From IMG/VR virus record IMGVR_UViG_3300044611_002115, positions 13,540 through 77,539 of that record: a stretch of 64,000 bases of DNA. The stretch is one strand, 5' to 3'. The position numbers and the translations under genes were made by a program. The DNA is from a virus. Of this stretch, positions 28,217 to 35,543 are shown piece after piece. The first letter of the stretch is position 1, and each line of letters starts with the position of its first letter. The notes beneath the pieces were generated by a model, which ran no database searches, was not told the DNA's origin, and was given only the letters and a program-made list of their open reading frames with translations.

Positions 28217-29854
28217 ATGAAACAGACATCAGCCCGCGAACGCTTCATCTCAGACTTTGAGATTTTGAGCCGCAGCGGAATCGGAGTAATACTGACACGC
28301 ACGCGGGAGCCGCACAGGGCGGAGGACGCGCTGCGGATGTGGGCATTCGAGCACGACAGAAAGTTCCGCTCGTGGAACGCAGTGCGGGGGTGGCTCGAAA
28401 CCGTGCCGGAGAGCACCAAGGGGCAGCGCCCCGTGGCGGACAAGCTCATCGACCCATACATTGCGCTCAAGCGCATCAACGACGTGGACGGGGGCGGGAC
28501 GAACGCGTGGCAGGACACTCTCTGCGCCATGCACTATCCTCATTGGGTGCTTCCCAAAATGCCCGCCTTCATCCAGTGCGTGAAGGAATACGCGCGGGAC
28601 TTCACGGAGAGCAAGCAGCGCCTAGTCCTGCTCACGCCGGAAGGCTTCGTGCTTCCCGTGGAGCTGCAAAACGACATCGCCGTGCTGGACTTCGACCTGC
28701 CCTCTCGCGGGGAGCTGCGCGAAATCTACGGCAACGTGCTGGAGAGCGTGCAGGACAGCAAGGGCGCGCAGAGCGTGCACTACACGGACGCCCAAGTGGA
28801 TGTCCTGCTGGGGAGCGGGAGCGGCATGACGGAGTTCGAGTTTGAAACTGCGCTGTCCAAGGCGTTCATCACGCACAAGGCGCTCATGCCTAACGTGCCG
28901 CTAGAGAAGGTGAACGAAGTCATGCTGGAAACCAAGACGGACGTGGTGAAGCGGAGCGAAGTGCTGGAGCTGATGGAGCCTGTCAACATGAAGGACGTGG
29001 CGGGGCTGGACTTGGCTAAGGAGTGGATCGGCAAGCGCAAGAAGTGCTTCTCAGACGCCGCGAAGGACTTTGGCGTGGACGTGCCCAAGGGCATCTGCGC
29101 CATTGGGCCTCCGGGCACGGGCAAGACGCTGTTCGCCAAGGCCATTGCCAGCGTGCTGCAAGTGCCCCTCATCCGCTTCGACGTGGGCAAAGTGTTTGGC
29201 GGCATCGTGGGGCAGAGCGAGGAGCGCAGCCGCAGCAGCCTTAAGCAGATTGACGCGATGGCTCCCTGCGTGGTGCTCATCGACGAAATCGACAAGGCGG
29301 GCATTGACCCACGGCAGGGGGGCGGGGACAGCGGCGTGAGCAAGCGCGTCATGGGTGCCATCCTCACGCACATGCAGGAGACGAAGGCTCCCGTGTTTTG
29401 GGTGCTCACAGCAAACCGCGTGGACGGACTCCCGCCGGAGCTGCTGCGGAAGGGGCGCTTGGACGAAGTGTTCGCAGTGCTGCCGCCTAACGCCACGGAG
29501 CGCCTTGAGGTGGTCAAAATCCACCTGCGCAAGCGCAAGCAAGACCCCGCGAAGATTAAGGGGCTGGACGCAATCGTTACGCGCAGCGAGGGCTTCGTCA
29601 GCGCGGAGCTGGAGGCCGCAGTGAAGGAGGCGGTGGTGGAAGCCTACGACAGCAACAAGCCCGTCACGGCGGAACTCATCGTGCGCCAACTGGAGGGCAT
29701 GAAGCCCATCAGCGAGGCGTTCGCGGAGGACTTCACACGGATGCGCGAGTGGGCGGAGAGCAATGCGCGCATGGCAAGCACGCCGGAGGAACAGCCGGAG
29801 CCGGAGCACGCGTTCCGCACCCGCACCCGCCGCCGCGCGCTGGACAACAACTAG
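28217..29854 (+). CDS. Ycf46-like AAA+ ATPase
   Basis: N-terminal degenerate domain (TREPHR, LPVEL..D..VLDFDLP), Walker A GPPGTGKT, Walker B VLIDEIDK, TAN..D.LPPELLRKGRLDE. Confidence 0.92.
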   Translation: MKQTSARERFISDFEILSRSGIGVILTRTREPHRAEDALRMWAFEHDRKFRSWNAVRGWLETVPESTKGQRPVADKLIDPYIALKRINDVDGGGTNAWQDTLCAMHYPHWVLPKMPAFIQCVKEYARDFTESKQRLVLLTPEGFVLPVELQNDIAVLDFDLPSRGELREIYGNVLESVQDSKGAQSVHYTDAQVDVLLGSGSGMTEFEFETALSKAFITHKALMPNVPLEKVNEVMLETKTDVVKRSEVLELMEPVNMKDVAGLDLAKEWIGKRKKCFSDAAKDFGVDVPKGICAIGPPGTGKTLFAKAIASVLQVPLIRFDVGKVFGGIVGQSEERSRSSLKQIDAMAPCVVLIDEIDKAGIDPRQGGGDSGVSKRVMGAILTHMQETKAPVFWVLTANRVDGLPPELLRKGRLDEVFAVLPPNATERLEVVKIHLRKRKQDPAKIKGLDAIVTRSEGFVSAELEAAVKEAVVEAYDSNKPVTAELIVRQLEGMKPISEAFAEDFTRMREWAESNARMASTPEEQPEPEHAFRTRTRRRALDNN

Positions 29855-29870
29855 GAGAGGAGCACACGAC

Positions 29871-30503
29871 ATGAAACAGTCAATCCAAACCATGACAGGG
29901 AACGAGACGGTGGCGGATGCGCTCGCTAAAGTGCATCTGTTCCACGTGCAGGAGAAGCGCGAGGACTTCCTTAGCGCGGCGGCAAAGATGCCCCACGGGC
30001 GCGTCCGCTCGCAGGGAAGCCCCGTGTTTGAGAGCGCGGTGGCGGGGGTGCGGCAGGAGATAGGCGGGCGCTGGGTGCGTGCCGTCTATGACGTGGAGGA
30101 GGGGGAAATCCTCAAGCTCTACGTCAGCCGGAAAGGGGGCTGGGGCGAGCAGATGCGCGCGTGCGTGCTGTTCCTCCGCGTGCGCCAGCACGCCGCCCTC
30201 CGGCGCGTGTCCATCCCGCTGCTCAACGTGCCCAACAAGAGCCGCTTTGAGCGGGCGGACATCACGGGGCGCTTCGACGTGCTCACGGCGCGGGAGGTGA
30301 TGGGGGCGGGCTGCGCGGTGTCGCACAGCAGCGTGATGATGTCGGCACGGAGCGCAGTGGACAACACGCTGAGCATCGCGGTGCTGGAGGAGGAAACCAC
30401 AAGCTCGCCTAAGACCGTCGCTGCAACAGTTGCAGTCGAGGGCGGGGAAAGCAAAGTGATCCGCGTGCGCCGCCGCGTGCGCCGGATGGAATTCAACAGT
30501 TGA
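29871..30503 (+). CDS. Hypothetical protein
   Basis: 210 aa; ends IRVRRRVRRMEFNS, with its stop codon inside the next -35 box. Confidence 0.7.
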   Translation: MKQSIQTMTGNETVADALAKVHLFHVQEKREDFLSAAAKMPHGRVRSQGSPVFESAVAGVRQEIGGRWVRAVYDVEEGEILKLYVSRKGGWGEQMRACVLFLRVRQHAALRRVSIPLLNVPNKSRFERADITGRFDVLTAREVMGAGCAVSHSSVMMSARSAVDNTLSIAVLEEETTSSPKTVAATVAVEGGESKVIRVRRRVRRMEFNS

Positions 30504-30527
30504 CAACTAATCTGCAACAGCTAACTT
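30497..30527 (+). promoter_or_regulatory. Phage promoter; 28-bp exact duplicate of 40769-40796
   Basis: CAGTTGACAACTAATCTGCAACAGCTAA. Confidence 0.82.
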
Positions 30528-30585
30528 AATCCCGCCCCGTAACAGGGGCGGAAACACAACCAAAAACCAACAAGGAAAAAACACC

Positions 30586-31038
30586 ATGAGTCATACAACC
30601 AAAATCAATCGCGTCCCCATCAAGGACATCGCCGCCCTGCACAGCGCAGTGGCCGAGCTGCTCGCCAAGGGCGTGCAGTGCACACTCGCGCAGAACGTCG
30701 CGCCGCGCATGTTCTACGGCAACCAGCACGGGGTCTGCGACTACGTGCTGCAACTCCCCGCCAGCCGCTACGACGTGGGGTTCGCCAAGAACGCGGACGG
30801 CAGCTACACTCCCGTCTGCGACCTCTGGGGACAGGACATCAGCCGCAACTTGGGCGCACGCTGCCCGCTGCCCACCAGCACGGAGGGGCGCACGCAGCAC
30901 GCCATTGGACAGCTTATGCAGGGCTACAGCAAGCACGCCGCCATCAACGCCGCCACCGCAGCGGGGCACATGGTCGAGTCCTGCACAGTCAACGAGGAGA
31001 CGGGCGACGTGGAGCTGCTGCTCGCCACCACCTACTAA
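30586..31038 (+). CDS. DUF1257 (Ycf35-like) protein
   Basis: MSH.TKI...D..AL..A..EL...YDVGF....GSY..V.D.W...L.Q.Y.......A...G..VE.....G.V.L. Confidence 0.85.
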   Translation: MSHTTKINRVPIKDIAALHSAVAELLAKGVQCTLAQNVAPRMFYGNQHGVCDYVLQLPASRYDVGFAKNADGSYTPVCDLWGQDISRNLGARCPLPTSTEGRTQHAIGQLMQGYSKHAAINAATAAGHMVESCTVNEETGDVELLLATTY

Positions 31039-31076
31039 TCCCACACCAACCAACGACACACTAGGAGGACACGAAT

Positions 31077-31283
31077 ATGGGAAACAGATACAAAGTCACA
31101 ATCGACCCGCTGGGCAACCCCAAGGTGGAGGGGCTGAACATGCAGGGGAGCATCTGCACGAGCGTCACGAAGCCCGTGGAGGATGCGCTGAGCGGGGGCG
31201 GGGCAAACTGCACGACGGAGTTCAAGCCGGAATACGCGATGCTGGAAAGCAGCGCGGAGGAGCAGGAGCAAATCCTCAACTGA
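31077..31283 (+). CDS. DUF2997 protein
   Basis: VTIDPLG..KVE....G..C...T..VE.AL.......KPEY. Confidence 0.85.
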   Translation: MGNRYKVTIDPLGNPKVEGLNMQGSICTSVTKPVEDALSGGGANCTTEFKPEYAMLESSAEEQEQILN

Positions 31284-31284
31284 C

Positions 31285-31641
31285 ATGGCACAGCTCATCA
31301 CAATAGCGGCGGACGGGAGCATGACCGCGCTGCAAGTCAAGCGGGGGAAGGGGCTGGACTTGCGGCAGTTCGGGCACGCGGACATCGTGCGCAGCTCGCT
31401 CATCGAGTGGGACGCGGAGGTGCAGGGGTGGAAGGTGCGCTTGCTGCACTGCACAGTCGACCACGGGCTGCTCACGCCCGACCTCTGCCACAAGGCGGGA
31501 GTGGACGTGCCGGACACTGCGCAGCGCTACGGCGAGGGCGGGGAGTGCGCGCTCTACTTCGACGAATACGAGGACGCGGTGACAGCGGAAGTGGACGTGA
31601 TCCAAGGGCTGCGCCGCATATACGGGAGGGACGCAGCGTGA
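31285..31641 (+). CDS. Conserved small partner of the AAA/DUF1257/DUF2997 cluster
   Basis: LITI..DG...L....LDL...G...I.R.S.IE.D...W......F.....AV.AEV, resembling from memory the small ORF in such clusters. Confidence 0.6.
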   Translation: MAQLITIAADGSMTALQVKRGKGLDLRQFGHADIVRSSLIEWDAEVQGWKVRLLHCTVDHGLLTPDLCHKAGVDVPDTAQRYGEGGECALYFDEYEDAVTAEVDVIQGLRRIYGRDAA

Positions 31642-31762
31642 AACGCAGTGCAACCAGCCCCCAAAAAGGCTCAAACTTCGCACAAAAAGGCACCCAGCAG
31701 CGCGTTTGGCGCTCTGGGAGGGTAAAGTCAGCGGGCGCAGGGGGAGGGCGCTACAGGGAGCC

Positions 31763-32014
31763 ATGAGCCAGTATCGCTACATCCACAAGGACGGGAGGGC
31801 GTGCGAATGGCTCCCCAGCGGGCGGGGCAGCTACCACGCAATCTGCGCAGCGCTGGGAGACGTGGAAGCCAACGACCTGCTGGGGCTTGACGCGGAGACG
31901 TGCGAGATGAAGTCGGACGGGGGATACAAGTTCGACGCGGAGCACAAGGCGGAGGTGCTGCTCATGCGCAGCACAAAGGACGGCAGCATACTTGGAAGGG
32001 TGCTGCGCAAGTGA
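31763..32014 (+). CDS. Hypothetical protein
   Basis: 83 aa with GGGAG RBS. Confidence 0.6.
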   Translation: MSQYRYIHKDGRACEWLPSGRGSYHAICAALGDVEANDLLGLDAETCEMKSDGGYKFDAEHKAEVLLMRSTKDGSILGRVLRK

Positions 32015-32029
32015 CCAACAATTTTACGA

Positions 32030-32233
32030 GGGCAGGTAGCTCAATAGGTGTGGGTGAGTCTGCGCACAGTGGACGCATGGGAGTCGAGCGACGGCTTCTA
32101 TCTCATGCGCGAGCGGTGCAGGGCAAGTCCCATATCCCGTCGAGGGATAGAGTAGGTGGTGAGTGCGGAGCCGCTGCGCACGGAAGGCCAAGCGAGCCAC
32201 TGATGATTGGAGGTTCGACTCCTCCCCTGCCCA
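32030..32233 (+). ncRNA. tRNA-like RNA with the anticodon loop replaced by a structured insert of about 124 nt
   Basis: Acceptor GGGCAGG/CCTGCCC-A, TAGCTCAA D-arm start, T-arm GGAGG-TTCGACT-CCTCC, and a CAGTGG/CCACTG stem enclosing several hairpins. Confidence 0.78.
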
Positions 32234-32455
32234 CAATTTTCAGTTCCGTTGATCGTGGTGTTCAACGGTTGTGGCGGGGAGGGGTGACACGGGTTGCCCC
32301 TCCCTTGCCGCCACTACACGCTGCAACAGTTGCAGCGCTTATCATTCAACAAAAGACCCCGCCCAGCATTTCTGCCGAGCGGGGTGACACATTAGGTTCC
32401 CAACGAATAGGAGCGGGGATCATCCCCTGTTTCCGCAACACTGTCAACACGCATT

Positions 32456-33679
32456 ATGGCATCAGACTCTTTTTCCAACCCCGTGCACTTCCGCGATTGG
32501 TTCCGCGTAGTCATGCGAAACTGGGCGCAGCACTTATCCCCAGCGGAGGCCATGCTTGTGCTGTTCGTGCTGGACAGGACGATGGGGTGGGGGAAGGAGT
32601 GGGAAATTGTCACGTGCCAGCAGATGCAGGACGGCATCTACTACCAGCGGGACGACGGAGCTGTGGTGGAGGTGGCAGGGGGCATCGGGCTAAGCGCGGA
32701 CAGGGCGCAGCGCTTGCTCACGGGGCTTGTGGAGCGGGGCGTGCTGCGGGCGCGGGGCACAGCGGGGCGGGCGCGGCAGCTTGCGCTCAACTACGAGTGG
32801 ACGCCTGACACGGACATGAAAGTATCCCAGCGCCCAAAGCAGTTGCAGCGCGGGCTGAAAGTGCCCAAATCAACCCCCGTTAATATAACGGCCACCCCCG
32901 TTAATATAACGCCACCCCCCCGTTATATTAACGGACTAAGAGTAGCAAAGCAACAGGACGGAAACAAAAGAGAACGGACTGCCGCGCGAGAGCGCGGCGA
33001 GGGGAGGCTGGCGGAGGTAGCGGACACAGCAGCACAGCGCACGCGGGACAAGCACGCAGCCAAGCTCTCCCGCCTAGCCAATGCGGACACGCTCAGCCTA
33101 GCCTCCCTTTCCTCCGTGTGGGGCGCGGCATGCGCAGCAGCGCACAGCGGGGAGTCACTGCCCGACGTGAGGCAGAAGGACTTCCTCATCCTGCAAGCGT
33201 GCATGCGCAGGCACAGCGCAGGCGAGCATTCCGTGCGCTTCGTTCCCCTGCTGCAATGGAGCGTGGCGCAGTGGCGCAGCATAGTGAGCGCCTACTTCCG
33301 CTGGATGCCCGATGCCCCCGTGCTGCCGGAGCCTCGTTTCTTTGTGCGCTTCATAGACAGGTTCCTCAACGCGCACTCGCGCTTGGAGGAGCTGGAGCGC
33401 TTGCAGAACATGACGACGCGGGAGCAAATGGTCTATCACCTCACGGCGCGCAAGGGCATGTCACAGGAGGCGGCGGAGCGCGAGGTGGACGAGAAGCTGG
33501 GGCTGCTAAGGATCAAGCAGGACATAGAAGCGGAGCGGAAAAAACTGCAACAGTTGCAGTCGAGCAGCGTGGAAGCTGTGGAGTCAAAACAACGCCTTGC
33601 CTTAATGCAGCGGGAAGCTAAGCAAGTCGAGGCGCGGGCGGTAACATTAACCAAAGGAACATTCGACACATGGGAATAG
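32456..33679 (+). CDS. Replication initiator (lambda O-like N-terminal wHTH) containing iterons
   Basis: LSPAEAM.V.FV.DRT.GWGK.WE N-terminus, internal AT-rich repeats, upstream of loader-like and DnaB genes. Confidence 0.72.
   Translation: MASDSFSNPVHFRDWFRVVMRNWAQHLSPAEAMLVLFVLDRTMGWGKEWEIVTCQQMQDGIYYQRDDGAVVEVAGGIGLSADRAQRLLTGLVERGVLRARGTAGRARQLALNYEWTPDTDMKVSQRPKQLQRGLKVPKSTPVNITATPVNITPPPRYINGLRVAKQQDGNKRERTAARERGEGRLAEVADTAAQRTRDKHAAKLSRLANADTLSLASLSSVWGAACAAAHSGESLPDVRQKDFLILQACMRRHSAGEHSVRFVPLLQWSVAQWRSIVSAYFRWMPDAPVLPEPRFFVRFIDRFLNAHSRLEELERLQNMTTREQMVYHLTARKGMSQEAAEREVDEKLGLLRIKQDIEAERKKLQQLQSSSVEAVESKQRLALMQREAKQVEARAVTLTKGTFDTWE
32872..32935. repeat. Iterons / probable replication origin
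   Basis: CGTTAATATAACG at 32878 and 32899, its reverse complement at 32921, each preceded by ACCCCC; 21-22-bp period. Confidence 0.78.
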
Positions 33680-34263
33680 ATCAACAGCAGGAGAGGGAGC
33701 GGGCGGCGGTAGCCAGCTTCCGAGACGCGGGCATTGCCACGCGATATTTGAAAATGGAGGAGTCCCTCATGCACTACGGCGACGGGGGCATTAAGATTGC
33801 GGGGATGCACGCGAGCGGAGCGCTGCGCGAGTCCCTCTACAACGGGAGGGGCTTAGCCATAGTTGGCGACGGGGACAGGGCGGTGAGCGTGACGCAGCTT
33901 GCATGCCGCGCTTCCCTGCTGCTGGGCGTCCCGACGCGCCTCTACACGCTGCCGTGGCTGCGCCGCGTGCTGTGCGGGCAGGGGAGGGACGGGGACGAGC
34001 TGGGAGAGCTGCACAGGGCGCGCGTGGTGGGAGTGCTTGGGTTCTACGACCACAACTTCAAGCATCCCGTGCCGGAGGAGGATTTGTTTAGCATAGGCTG
34101 GTCGCTCAAGGAGCTGCTCATGGACAACAAGGCGTTCATCGTGCACACGACGCAACCGCTGGAGCAAAGTGCGGCGTGGTGGCATGAGGGGCTTGTGGAC
34201 ATGCTACAGCAGCGCGTTGTTCAAGTGCCTGTGGGCGCTGCAAGCAGGAAGGGGAAACACTAA
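33670..34263 (+). CDS. DnaC/IstB-like helicase loader, degenerate P-loop
   Basis: AGI..RY...GRGLAIVG... layout between initiator and DnaB; no GKT. Confidence 0.5.
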   Translation: MGIDQQQERERAAVASFRDAGIATRYLKMEESLMHYGDGGIKIAGMHASGALRESLYNGRGLAIVGDGDRAVSVTQLACRASLLLGVPTRLYTLPWLRRVLCGQGRDGDELGELHRARVVGVLGFYDHNFKHPVPEEDLFSIGWSLKELLMDNKAFIVHTTQPLEQSAAWWHEGLVDMLQQRVVQVPVGAASRKGKH

Positions 34264-34264
34264 G

Positions 34265-35512
34265 ATGAGCCTATACGGAAAACTGGTGGCAAGCGCGCTG
34301 GACACGGGTTCGTCCTCTATCCTGCTGCGCGACGTAGCGACGGCGCACTTGCTGGAGAACGAGCAGCCGCTTGCGGCGTTCCTGCGCTCCCACTTCAACC
34401 GCCACGGCGCGCTTCCCAGCGCAAGCACGCTAAGGTCGAACGGGTTTACGCTTCCCGCCTTTGAGGAGCCAGCGAGCTACTACGCGGAGCGCTTGCGAGC
34501 GCGCTACGCCTTCAACGTCATTAACGAGCGGCACCCGCAGTTCCTCGCCGCCCTTGAGGGGCGCAACATGCTGGAGGCCGTGCACGTGCTGCGCGACATG
34601 GTGGCGACGGTGGGGAGCAGCGTGGAGGAGCAAAGCGCCACAACCTTAGCGGCGGAAGTCGCGGGGGTGGTGGAGGAGTATAGGTCGCGCAAGCTGCAAG
34701 GCGGGCTGGCGGGGCTGACGTTTGGGTGGAGCACGCTCAACGCGCTAACTCTCGGAGCTATGGGCGGCGACCTTGTGGTGATTGCGGGGCGACCCAGCAT
34801 GGGGAAGTCGTGGCTGCTGTTTGAAAGCGCGTATCAGGCGTGGCAGTGCGGGCACAGCGTCGCCATCGTGAGCATGGAGATGAGCAAGCGGCAGGTCACG
34901 CGGCGCTGGATAGGCAGGCACTTGGGAATCAACCCAAACTTTATCAGGGCGGGGCAGGTGAGCGATTGGCAGGAGAGCACGCTAATCAACTACGCGGAGG
35001 GCATCAGCGCCATGCCTCGCGTGACGCTGCTCGCCGGAGACATGCGCAAGGGCATGGACGGGCTGGAGGCGATTATGCAGGAGCACCTCCCAGACGCGCT
35101 CTACGTGGACGCCGCCTACCTGCTAAGCCCAAGCGGGAGGCAGAAGGGTTACGTGAGCAAGTGGGAAACCATCAGCGCCGTGATTTTGGAGCTAAAGCAA
35201 ATGAGCATCCGCTTCAACCGCCCCATCCTCATCACCGTGCAGTTCAACCGCAACCAAAAGAGCGACAGCCGCAAGGAGCTAGACCTTAGCGACATTGCAG
35301 GCAGCGACAGCATTCCGCAGGACGCGAGCATAGTGCTGGGCGCACGCAGGGGACTGCCGCCCTACGACAGCATCCGCAGGCAGGTGGTGATTATGAAGAA
35401 CAGGGAAGGCGAGACGGGGGAGTTCACAACGAACTTCACCTTTACCCCGCCCAACTTGACGGAGATAATAGGGGCAGAGGCGGACGTGGCGGAAGTGGGC
35501 TGGATGGCTTAG
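34265..35512 (+). CDS. dnaB: Replicative helicase, DnaB family
   Basis: IAGRPSMGKS, SMEM, LYVDAAYL, VQFNR, SDSIPQDA, MKNREGE. Confidence 0.93.
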   Translation: MSLYGKLVASALDTGSSSILLRDVATAHLLENEQPLAAFLRSHFNRHGALPSASTLRSNGFTLPAFEEPASYYAERLRARYAFNVINERHPQFLAALEGRNMLEAVHVLRDMVATVGSSVEEQSATTLAAEVAGVVEEYRSRKLQGGLAGLTFGWSTLNALTLGAMGGDLVVIAGRPSMGKSWLLFESAYQAWQCGHSVAIVSMEMSKRQVTRRWIGRHLGINPNFIRAGQVSDWQESTLINYAEGISAMPRVTLLAGDMRKGMDGLEAIMQEHLPDALYVDAAYLLSPSGRQKGYVSKWETISAVILELKQMSIRFNRPILITVQFNRNQKSDSRKELDLSDIAGSDSIPQDASIVLGARRGLPPYDSIRRQVVIMKNREGETGEFTTNFTFTPPNLTEIIGAEADVAEVGWMA

Positions 35513-35543
35513 CACCGCAAACCATTAGGACACCAAAAACATT

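Noticed and set aside
32030-32233. tmRNA or ordinary tRNA call
   Set aside because: No G3:U70 pair, no tag ORF, too short for tmRNA, and no 7-nt anticodon loop with U33.
31900-32808. 302-aa ORF across the tRNA-like RNA
   Set aside because: Overlaps two better genes and the structured RNA; composition is not protein-like.
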